Shown: positions 1-7,064 of the stretch, one piece after another
Layout of the letters: the number at the start of each line of letters is the position of its first letter
Position numbering within the stretch: position 1 is the first letter of the stretch
Assembly: GCA_029838215.1 (NCBI GenBank)
Contig: JALGVI010000090.1
Span: 1-10,915, forward strand
Reading direction: 5' to 3'
Length of the DNA: 10,915 nt
From: Candidatus Helarchaeota archaeon
GTDB lineage: Archaea > Asgardarchaeota > Lokiarchaeia > Helarchaeales > RDOG01
Notes under the pieces: generated by a model
The model's input: only the letters and a program-made list of their open reading frames with translations
Told to the model about the DNA's origin: nothing
Database searches by the model: none
Position numbers and translations under genes: made by a program

Positions 1-350
1 ATTTGTCGCAATTCTTCTTTGGATTTTTGTGAGAATATCTCATCAAATCTTAGATTTAATGCAAGATTGACCATTTTTTCGTCCAATTCATCAGACATAT
101 TAGGTTCAATGTTTCGTTCTTGAAGTAAATCAAGAAATTTGATAAATGGAAGATGAGATAATTTCCAGGCTTTTTTCAGGCTGATTTTTTTATCAATGTA
201 TGAATCCAATGCAATTTTTAACCGAACGGAATTTATTTCTTTAATACTTAATTCCTTTAATAATGCGGGTACCGATTTTCCGAGCAATTTAGCTAATTCT
301 TTCACGTCTTGGAATTCCTCATCGGTCAGACGAAAATTAATTTGTTTCAT
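1..350 (-). CDS. RHH (CopG-like) plus UPF0175-like putative antitoxin, 3'-partial (runs off the window)
   Basis: Not in the ORF track; translated by hand from ATG at 350: MKQINFRLTDEEFQDVKELAKLLGKSVPALLKELSIKEINSVRLKIALDSYIDKKISLKKAWKLSHLPFIKFLDLLQERNIEPNMSDELDEKMVNLALNLRFDEIFSQKSKEELRQ..., open to the window edge. The N-terminus has an RHH pattern (alternating strand QINFRL plus two helices). Y-x-x-KKISLKKAWKLSHLPFIKFLDLLQERNI resembles the UPF0175 motif (Y..GKISLGKAAELAG.S..EF..LL..RGI). It lies next to a PIN gene. Confidence 0.75.
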   Translation of the reverse strand, partial: MKQINFRLTDEEFQDVKELAKLLGKSVPALLKELSIKEINSVRLKIALDSYIDKKISLKKAWKLSHLPFIKFLDLLQERNIEPNMSDELDEKMVNLALNLRFDEIFSQKSKEELRQ

Positions 351-357
351 TTTTTTC

Positions 358-381
358 AACTGCTATTAAATGATAGCAATT
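358..381. promoter_or_regulatory. Inverted repeat, candidate RHH operator
   Basis: Perfect core TGCTAT-N6-ATAGCA at 361-378, extendable to 8/9 pairs (358-381). It sits about 10 nt upstream of the antitoxin ATG within the 63-bp divergent intergenic region. Confidence 0.45.
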
Positions 382-383
382 TC

Positions 384-391
384 TTTAAATA
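384..391. promoter_or_regulatory. TATA box, possibly bidirectional
   Basis: TTTAAATA with palindromic TTTAAA core at 384-389, about 25 nt before the PIN ATG (414) and about 34 nt before the antitoxin ATG (350) on the other strand. Confidence 0.45.
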
Positions 392-413
392 CTTATTCAT
401 AGCTTCTAATATA

Positions 414-896
414 ATGCTGATTATTGATACATGTTCTTGGCTGAAAATCCGTGAACTAGACGATAATAATATTTTAAAACTAAAAGAGCTTATTTACCAG
501 AGTAATCTTTGGGCAACTCATGAGCTAGTCAAGGAATATTCACATTATTTGAAAGACTACTTAGATTTTAACAAATTTTCAATTCAATCCGTAAAAATTG
601 AAAAGGTGGAACTGTTTTTCGAAAAAGAACTCGATCCAGCAGATCTTTCTATCATTGAATTCGGGCGAAAATATAAGAATGCAACAGTTATATCCGACGA
701 TGGGGCAGAATTATTGATTTTAGACTGGTTTAAAGTTAAATCCTTCCAGCTTTCTGAATTCATCTTTTTTCTTGTAAAAGAATCCTTACTAAAGAAAAGA
801 GAAGCTTTAAACGCAATAAAAAAACTTAGGACCTGGCGGGATATAAAAGAAAAAAAAATGAAAAGAATATTGAATGAAATTAACTTGATACGTTAA
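414..896 (+). CDS. PIN-domain protein (DUF3368/VapC-like putative ribonuclease toxin), 160 aa
   Basis: From ATG 414: MLIIDTCSW (N-terminal strand plus Asp), THELVKE (Glu), LDPADLSII (Asp at the conserved helix) and VISDD, which is the acidic PIN tetrad pattern. A helical C-terminal extension resembles DUF3368-type PINs. The ORF-track start at 309 (TTG) overlaps the opposite-strand gene and is rejected. Confidence 0.8.
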   Translation: MLIIDTCSWLKIRELDDNNILKLKELIYQSNLWATHELVKEYSHYLKDYLDFNKFSIQSVKIEKVELFFEKELDPADLSIIEFGRKYKNATVISDDGAELLILDWFKVKSFQLSEFIFFLVKESLLKKREALNAIKKLRTWRDIKEKKMKRILNEINLIR

Positions 897-935
897 TCTG
901 TTTGTAATTATAGACAGACTTGAAAAATTTTTTTT
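897..935. terminator. Hairpin plus oligo-T between convergent genes
   Basis: TCTGTTTGT-AATT-ATAGACAGA (897-918) forms a 9-bp stem with 2 G:U pairs on the + strand. It is followed by A5 (923-927) and T8 (928-935), giving U-tracts for both strands. Confidence 0.5.
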
Positions 936-2412
936 AAAAACGCTTCTCGTAGAAACTCCCCAGATTTCTGCGTTTGAAATCAACAATCTTTCTTTTTTTC
1001 TTTTTCATTCCCTTGAGATAGAGTCCTCGCATCATCTGAATTGCTTCTTCTATTGTATGAGCAACGGGAATTCTTCGATTCATCTCAAGCCCTTTAATGA
1101 TTATGCCGTAAATCGATAACCAGGGACAATAAGCGACGACTGGAATCTGCGGGTTTCTGCTTTGAACCACGTTACTCAAGCGACGTCCTATCTGCATTGT
1201 TATCGTGGGAACATAAGGCACGAGTAAAATCACGATGCCCTTCACGTTATTAAATTGCAATAGTTGGTCAAGGCAATTTTCCACGTCTTTATCCATGACG
1301 GACCCCGTTAAATCGATGGGGTTTTCGAATGAACCAATATCGGCAATGACGGGGCTGACAGAATCCCGCAACTTTTTCTTTTGTTCTTCAGTAAATTCGA
1401 CCAAGTTAAGGTCGTAATAGGCAGCGAGATCAGCTGCTAAAACACCGTGACCGCCAGATATTGAAAGAATGACGATGTCACCCTCAATCGTGTTTAGACC
1501 GAACGAAATTACCTTCGTAAAACTTACCAATTCGCTTTCGGAAATCGCTTCGATCACACCTGCTTGCCGAAATGATGAGGAAAGGATCTTCTTATTTGTG
1601 GCAAGTGATGCAGTGTGCGAAAGAGCGGCTCTTGCACCAAAGCGGGATTTACCGCCTTTAATGAGAATTATGTCCTTGTCGTATATTTTAGCAAATTCTA
1701 TGAGTTGCTTGCCAGAATTTTCCTTGAAACCTTCGTTGTAAATGACAATGCACTCCACTTCCGGCTCCAAGCTGAAGTATTTGACTAACGTGATGTCATT
1801 AATCATTGCCTTGTTGCCGATGTTAGCCGCCGCGTAAATCCCGATTTGTCGCTCATGAAACTTTGAGAAAATTTGATCGATGAGGAAACCGCCACTTTGA
1901 GAAATTACCGCCACGTTACCGTGAGGAGGCGTTGCCAATCTTTCACTTGGAAGGATGAATGTATCACAATATTGCGAATGAATGCCAATGCAATTTGGAC
2001 CCATGAAAGGCAAGTCATATTTATCAGATATTTGAAGCAGTTCCTTTTCGAGTTCTTTTCCCCGTTCTCCTTTTTCCGAGAATCCTCCAGAACCGATGAT
2101 CACGCTTTTAGCACCGATTTCGCCACAATTCTTCAATGCTTCAGGAACCAATTTGGCTTTAATCATCAAGACGACCAAGTCGAGATCCACGGGGACATCA
2201 TTGAGTTTCGTATAGACTTGGTGACCTTCCAGATAGCCACCTTTTTGATTTACAGCATGGATTTCAACAGGATACTCAAATAAGTTCTTATTATAGATGA
2301 TATTTCCTGCAAATAAAGGATTCTTAAGCGAAACACCGACAATTGCCATGGTTTTCGGTTTAAAAATGTAATCGAGCCTACTGAGTTTCAATGCATCAAA
2401 GCCTCCATTCAT
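934..2412 (-). CDS. acdA: Acyl-CoA synthetase (ADP-forming) alpha subunit / CoA-binding domain protein, 492 aa
   Basis: FKPKTMAIVGVS Rossmann start, SGGFSE, GPNCIG, SQSGG, GNK, YNEG, KGGKS..GARAALSHTASLA (phosphorylatable His), GGHGVLAAD and NPIDLTG are all ACD/SCS-alpha family motifs. No ATP-grasp beta domain is present. Confidence 0.9.
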   Translation of the reverse strand: MNGGFDALKLSRLDYIFKPKTMAIVGVSLKNPLFAGNIIYNKNLFEYPVEIHAVNQKGGYLEGHQVYTKLNDVPVDLDLVVLMIKAKLVPEALKNCGEIGAKSVIIGSGGFSEKGERGKELEKELLQISDKYDLPFMGPNCIGIHSQYCDTFILPSERLATPPHGNVAVISQSGGFLIDQIFSKFHERQIGIYAAANIGNKAMINDITLVKYFSLEPEVECIVIYNEGFKENSGKQLIEFAKIYDKDIILIKGGKSRFGARAALSHTASLATNKKILSSSFRQAGVIEAISESELVSFTKVISFGLNTIEGDIVILSISGGHGVLAADLAAYYDLNLVEFTEEQKKKLRDSVSPVIADIGSFENPIDLTGSVMDKDVENCLDQLLQFNNVKGIVILLVPYVPTITMQIGRRLSNVVQSRNPQIPVVAYCPWLSIYGIIIKGLEMNRRIPVAHTIEEAIQMMRGLYLKGMKKKKRKIVDFKRRNLGSFYEKRF

Positions 2413-2421
2413 GTCTAAATA

Positions 2422-2439
2422 GAATGAGGTGAATCATTC
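2422..2439. promoter_or_regulatory. Inverted repeat in the acdA/rhaI divergent intergenic region
   Basis: GAATGA-GGTGAA-TCATTC is a perfect 6-6-6 palindrome about 10 nt upstream of the acdA ATG. TATAAAAA at 2456-2463 lies about 22 nt upstream of the isomerase start. Confidence 0.35.
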
Positions 2440-2484
2440 AAAAACTTGAATTACATATAAAAACATGCTTAAATTAGTTATTGA

Positions 2485-3744
2485 TTGATTGGAGCGTGGA
2501 AGAAATTGCCGGAGAAAAAGGAAGAATGGATTTCCAAGCAGTACGACATTCTCGAAAAAGAGCTGGGCGAGAAAGGCGTGGAATTGGAGAAAGTAAAGAA
2601 GAAATTAAAAGAGTTCACGGTGGAAGTCCCTTCATGGATTTTTGGAGAATTTGGTGGTGGTCGTTTTGGCGGTCACGTTCCTCCTGGTGCTGCAAGAACC
2701 ATCTTTGAAAAGTTGGACGATGCTGCCATCGTTCACCAAATAACGGGAGCAACGCCGAACGTGAGCATCCACGTCGGTTGGGACGATCCTGATGAAAATC
2801 CGTTCGACGAGATTCAATCCGGTTCTTTCAGGCGGCTAAATTTTCATGCTCACAAATTGAACCTGAAAATAGGTTCCGTGAGTCCGACTTATTTTTTGGA
2901 AGGGACTCATTTTGGGAGCTTGTCTGCACTAGATCCTACCACGAGGCAGCGATTTATTGACCATGGTCTGGTGGCAGCAGAGATAGCCGAGAATTTTGGA
3001 ACGGGCTTCATCACGTTATGGTTTCCAGATGGATCGCTTTACCCCGGTCAAGTAAACATGCATGTTGCCATCCGTAATCTCAAGAATTCGTTAAAGGAGA
3101 TTTACGAGCAGGCTCCGAATGCAGTGAAAATGCTCATCGAATACAAGCTTTTCGAACCGGGGACGTACCACACCGTGATTTCGGATCTTGCAGGTGCAAT
3201 GGACGTTGCACGGAGCTTGGGCGACCGTGCTGGCGTTCTTATCGATCTAGGCCATCATCCATTTGGAGTAAATGTCGAATACATTGCAACAAGAGTGATG
3301 GAATCAGGAATGCTCGCAGGAGTGCATTTTAATAGCAGGTATGCGGCAGATGACGACCATGCCGTGGAACCAAACATGCAACTTTTCAGGATTTTTCACG
3401 AGATGGTGGCAGGAGGGGTAATAGGGAATGAAAATCCCGATGAAAATTGGCTCAGGGTGCTCGACCAATGCTCTGGCTTGGAAAATCGCATCCATGCCGT
3501 CCTGCATTCTGTTGATTCATTGATGATTTCTCATGCCAAAGCTTTAATCGTGGATGAAGATTCTCTGGCACGTCATCAGAAAAAAAATGAGATTATTTTA
3601 GCCAATAGGACGTTGCTCGATGCATTTTTAACGGACGTTCGACCAATTCTTTATCAAGTGAGGTTAGAAAAGGGCTTGCCCTTGGACTTCATTGATGCTT
3701 ATGATAAGTCAGGTTATCAAGAAAAGATTGAAAAGGAGAGATAA
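2485..3744 (+). CDS. rhaI: L-rhamnose isomerase, P. stutzeri/rhizobial (RhaI) type, xylose-isomerase-like TIM barrel, 419 aa
   Basis: TTG start with an in-frame TGA immediately upstream. Motifs: VEVPSW..GG.RF, IFEKLDD.A....T.ATPNVS.H..WD, W179 (TLWFPDGS.YPGQ), E219-Y-K221-x-FEP, D254LGH257H, H281FN, D289-D-D291, D327, and C-terminal AY.KSGY..K...ER. These follow the P. stutzeri L-RhI metal-binding and catalytic residue set, recalled from knowledge of the family. Confidence 0.85.
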   Translation: MIGAWKKLPEKKEEWISKQYDILEKELGEKGVELEKVKKKLKEFTVEVPSWIFGEFGGGRFGGHVPPGAARTIFEKLDDAAIVHQITGATPNVSIHVGWDDPDENPFDEIQSGSFRRLNFHAHKLNLKIGSVSPTYFLEGTHFGSLSALDPTTRQRFIDHGLVAAEIAENFGTGFITLWFPDGSLYPGQVNMHVAIRNLKNSLKEIYEQAPNAVKMLIEYKLFEPGTYHTVISDLAGAMDVARSLGDRAGVLIDLGHHPFGVNVEYIATRVMESGMLAGVHFNSRYAADDDHAVEPNMQLFRIFHEMVAGGVIGNENPDENWLRVLDQCSGLENRIHAVLHSVDSLMISHAKALIVDEDSLARHQKKNEIILANRTLLDAFLTDVRPILYQVRLEKGLPLDFIDAYDKSGYQEKIEKER

Positions 3745-3757
3745 GGAAGTTTTGACC

Positions 3758-4528
3758 ATGAAGATCGTCTTTCATGAGAAATACCTTGAATATTATACTC
3801 ACGATCCAGCAGCAGAAGCAGGACGTTTGGAGCCCATCATCGAAGAGCTCCGAGGCAAGGCAGGATACGAGTTCGTGCAGCCAGAGCCTGCCAGTGAAGA
3901 AGACATTTTACGTGCTCATACCCTTGGACATTTACAGGACATTAAATACGACACAAAAGTTCATGAGATGGCATTATTGGCTGCAGGCGGAGCCATTAAA
4001 GCGGCAGAATTGGGTTGGACAGGAGAACCTGCATTTGCGGCCATACGTCCTCCGGGACATCACGCATCATCAGATAGTTGTTGGGGCTTTTGTTTTTACA
4101 ATAACATCAGCGTTTCACTCCTTTCATTAGTTGCTCGGGAAAAAATAAAGAGTGCATTTGTCTTGGATTTTGATCTTCATACAGGCGATGGAAACATCAA
4201 TATTTTAGGGCAGAAAAGAGATTTGATTCGCACGAAGATTCTAAATCCGCGCAGTGACCTTGAACTGAATTACATTGATGAGATAGCTCAGGAGTTCGAT
4301 CGAGCCGGCGAATTTGACATCATCGTGGCATCGGCGGGATTTGACGAATACGAAAAGGACTGGGGACACAAGTTATCGACTCGAGCATATGAAAAAATCG
4401 GGAAGTTGATGCGGAAGTTCTCGGATGAGAAAACGCAGGGAAGGCGTTATGCCTTGTTAGAAGGGGGATATTACTTTCAGGATCTTGGGAAAAACGTTTT
4501 TGCATTCTGTGAAGGATTTAAAAAATGA
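3758..4528 (+). CDS. Histone deacetylase family (AcuC/HDAC-fold) Zn-dependent deacetylase, short form, 256 aa
   Basis: RPPGHHA (two catalytic His), GFCFYNN, DFDLHTGDG (Zn ligands D, H), SAGFD (Zn ligand) and LEGGY (catalytic Tyr). ATG 3758 is 13 nt after the isomerase stop; the ORF-track start at 3692 overlaps the upstream gene. Confidence 0.9.
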   Translation: MKIVFHEKYLEYYTHDPAAEAGRLEPIIEELRGKAGYEFVQPEPASEEDILRAHTLGHLQDIKYDTKVHEMALLAAGGAIKAAELGWTGEPAFAAIRPPGHHASSDSCWGFCFYNNISVSLLSLVAREKIKSAFVLDFDLHTGDGNINILGQKRDLIRTKILNPRSDLELNYIDEIAQEFDRAGEFDIIVASAGFDEYEKDWGHKLSTRAYEKIGKLMRKFSDEKTQGRRYALLEGGYYFQDLGKNVFAFCEGFKK

Positions 4529-4559
4529 GTTAGTCAAAAAAAATGAAAAGGAGTTATTT

Positions 4560-5048
4560 TTAGAAAACTAGCTCTTCAATGAATTTTTTAGCGAATTTCT
4601 CACGTTTATTTCGAATGACATCTTGTGGTTCGACATATTCCAGGGCTTCGTGTGGACATGAAATCACGCATTGAGGTGAACCGTCCATGATTTCTTCGCA
4701 ATGGTTGCACTTAAAGATCCTTCCATCGATTCCGATTCCGATGGCACCAAACGGGCACGCTTCCGTGCATCGCCTGCATTGAATGCATTTCTTTTCATCC
4801 ACCTTGATGAGTCCGTTCTTTGGATCTCTATAGATGGCACTTGTTGGACAAACCACGGCACAACTTGGTTCTTCGCAGTGGTAGCAGCTAATCGGAAACT
4901 TGATTTTCCATGAATAGTCAATGACTTCGATTCGAGAATGTAGGGGAAATATCTTGCCTTCTTTCGTGATTGAGCAGGACAATTCGCACAACTTGCAATC
5001 CAAGCATTTTTCAGGATAAACCTTGATGACTTTCTTTATCTTTGCCAT
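4560..5048 (-). CDS. 4x[4Fe-4S] ferredoxin-like electron-transfer subunit (DmsB/AorA-type), 162 aa
   Basis: Cys groups CLDCKLCELSC, CYHCEEPSCAVVCP, CIQCRRCTEACP and CNHC...PQCVISCP. The start overlaps the AOR stop (TAATG). SD GGGGTGAG at 5061-5054. Confidence 0.92.
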   Translation of the reverse strand: MAKIKKVIKVYPEKCLDCKLCELSCSITKEGKIFPLHSRIEVIDYSWKIKFPISCYHCEEPSCAVVCPTSAIYRDPKNGLIKVDEKKCIQCRRCTEACPFGAIGIGIDGRIFKCNHCEEIMDGSPQCVISCPHEALEYVEPQDVIRNKREKFAKKFIEELVF

Positions 5049-6892
5049 TATTTCTCACCCCATATATCAGGAATCGTGAAATCAAGCCCTAGTTCCTGAA
5101 GTTTCTCCTTTGTGGGCTTTCCTGACGCATCCCATTTTCTGAATTCATAATATTCTTTTTTCTGGCGTTCGAAATCTGGAACTCTTCCGTCGGTTCCGCC
5201 TTCTAGAGGCGTGAGAAGGATTTTGGGCATGAAATCATCGTCAGCCGTGATTCCCAACTTGTTATTGATTACTCTCTTTAACGTGAAGATTCGATCACCT
5301 GCTTTTCGGAGGTCATCAATTGAATATTCGTTTCCAGTTGCCATGGTTACTAAATTGGCAATGTCCTGACCTGTTGGATGAGAAAAATTACAGAAGATCA
5401 GCGAACTAAACACGGATCGATAGTCTTGCAGGTTTGGTATGATTTCTCCGAGTCGGTCATCACTTGTTCGATCGTGGAAGTCCACGCCGAATGCAGGTTC
5501 CGCATTACCAAGACATACTTCATAGTCGTCCCCAGCCATATGGCAGGCACCCCGTGATGCTGTTGCATATTGAATTGCCATTCCAAAATTTGCCCTAGGA
5601 TCATGCATTGGCACGTCGAGTCCTTTTACCACGGCAACGTCATCTCTATTGACATTAAATTTATCTGCTACACTCTGGGTTCCTTCCGCCAAGACATTTC
5701 CAAATCCCTTTCTTTGGGCGATCATCTCGATCAACTCGATGATCACGTCCGAGTCTCCCCACTTGATTTCGAGTCCTTCAGTATCGTCTTTCGTGATGAT
5801 TCCCTTGTCAAACAAATACATGGCAAATGCGATGATGGCACCGCCGCTAATGGTATCTATGCCATGCTTGTTCGCCAAATGATTTGCTTTAAAAACAGAC
5901 TCAATATTTTTATTCAAGCATAATGACCCGAACGTCCCCAGAGTTTCATATTCGGCGGCTTCCGTTACCGGTACCTTATACTTTCCTTCTTTATTCTCTA
6001 ATAATTTACCGCATGCAATCGAGCAGGCAAAACATGCCGTGTCTTTTACAACATATTTTTCTTTTTGAGTGCATCCCGAAAGATTTGAAGTTAGTTCCCA
6101 ATCTCCCTTGGTATAATATTTTGCCACGGTGTCACCAAACGCATACCCCGTGTCCAAGTATCCTGAGGTTCCCAGTTCCCGAAACATTCTACAGGAGAAT
6201 TTTTCCATTTGGTGCTTGTTAATGGTACGAACCAACCCTAAATATTTGAACGCATCGTTAACTTCAACGGCTCCGCGCCCCTTAATGGCAATGGCTTTCA
6301 AATTTTTTGAACCCATCACTGCCCCCATTCCCGTTCTTCCTGCGGCACGACCTTCATCATTCATGATGGCAGCAAACCGCACCAGATTCGCTCCTGCAAT
6401 CCCTATGCAGGCAACCTTGACTTTTTTATCTCCCAATTCCTTTTTAATGGCTTCCTGTGTCGTGTAAACGTCTTTCTTCCAGAGTTTTTTGGCACTTTTA
6501 AACTCAACGTTATCATCGTTTACAAACACGTACGTGGGTTCTTCTGCTTTTCCAATAAATAGAATCCCGTCGAACCCCGCAAATTTAATTTCCGCCCCGA
6601 AGTGTCCGCCTGAAGTCGATTCGCCCCAGATATTTGTTAATGGAGATTTGGCACAAACGACATAGCGACCTGCCGTTGGTGCAGCAGTCGCGGTTAGGGG
6701 TCCCGTCATAAAAAGCAAGGGATTATCCGGACTCAAGGGATCTAATTCTTTCGTCAGGTGTTCATATAAAAAGCGAGCTGCGTATCCCGACCCACCTAAG
6801 AATTCACGAGCCCAATCTAAATTAAGAGGAATGATCGAAGTTTTCTTGTTAGTCAAATCAACCTGTAGGATTTTTCCCATGTATCCTTTCAA
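5048..6892 (-). CDS. aor: Aldehyde:ferredoxin oxidoreductase family (W/Mo-bis-pyranopterin) catalytic subunit, 614 aa
   Basis: TTG start MKGYMGKILQVDL with SD GGTGAG (6903-6898). Motifs: GPLT, KSPLT, GGHFG.E.K.AG.D, AAGRTGMGAVMGSKNLKAI, CFACSIAC plus IFCNF (4 Fe-S Cys), EYET, GIDTIS, RGACH and YY..R.WD..G.P. Substrate subfamily is not determinable by eye. Confidence 0.95.
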   Translation of the reverse strand: MKGYMGKILQVDLTNKKTSIIPLNLDWAREFLGGSGYAARFLYEHLTKELDPLSPDNPLLFMTGPLTATAAPTAGRYVVCAKSPLTNIWGESTSGGHFGAEIKFAGFDGILFIGKAEEPTYVFVNDDNVEFKSAKKLWKKDVYTTQEAIKKELGDKKVKVACIGIAGANLVRFAAIMNDEGRAAGRTGMGAVMGSKNLKAIAIKGRGAVEVNDAFKYLGLVRTINKHQMEKFSCRMFRELGTSGYLDTGYAFGDTVAKYYTKGDWELTSNLSGCTQKEKYVVKDTACFACSIACGKLLENKEGKYKVPVTEAAEYETLGTFGSLCLNKNIESVFKANHLANKHGIDTISGGAIIAFAMYLFDKGIITKDDTEGLEIKWGDSDVIIELIEMIAQRKGFGNVLAEGTQSVADKFNVNRDDVAVVKGLDVPMHDPRANFGMAIQYATASRGACHMAGDDYEVCLGNAEPAFGVDFHDRTSDDRLGEIIPNLQDYRSVFSSLIFCNFSHPTGQDIANLVTMATGNEYSIDDLRKAGDRIFTLKRVINNKLGITADDDFMPKILLTPLEGGTDGRVPDFERQKKEYYEFRKWDASGKPTKEKLQELGLDFTIPDIWGEK

Positions 6893-6960
6893 ATAAGCTC
6901 ACCAAATTTATTTTTTTCAATTTTGTATGGATAATTTAAAGCTGTTAAATTCTTGATTTT

Positions 6961-7064
6961 AGAGGTTAAGAAGTTTTTCATGCTTCAGGTAATGTATTCC
7001 ATTCTTTTGAAGCACCAGCCTAAAATTGGCGACACTACCACCATTTTCGGAGAGATTAAGAAGT
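6961..7064. repeat. Imperfect 14-bp direct repeat, two copies 90 bp apart, upstream of aor
   Basis: AGAGGTTAAGAAGT (6961-6974) and AGAGATTAAGAAGT (7051-7064), 13/14 identical. Both have ATTTT just upstream and a T-run plus CA downstream. Confidence 0.6.

Noticed and set aside
309-413. ORF-track N-terminal extension of the PIN protein (TTG at 309)
   Set aside because: It overlaps the start of the minus-strand RHH gene and the promoter region. The PIN fold begins at MLIIDT (ATG 414).
1235-2283. Plus-strand ORFs 1235-1417, 1469-1741 and 1873-2283
   Set aside because: Antisense shadows of acdA with no recognisable motifs.
3692-3757. N-terminal extension of the HDAC ORF
   Set aside because: It overlaps the isomerase C-terminus. 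The family-like start MKIVFH is at 3758.
2481-4505. Short overlapping ORFs 2481-2708, 2632-2817, 3304-3507, 3774-4130 and 4320-4505
   Set aside because: Alternative-frame or antisense ORFs inside the well-supported isomerase and HDAC genes.
4664-6467. Small ORFs within the ferredoxin and aor genes
   Set aside because: Shadow frames of strongly conserved genes.
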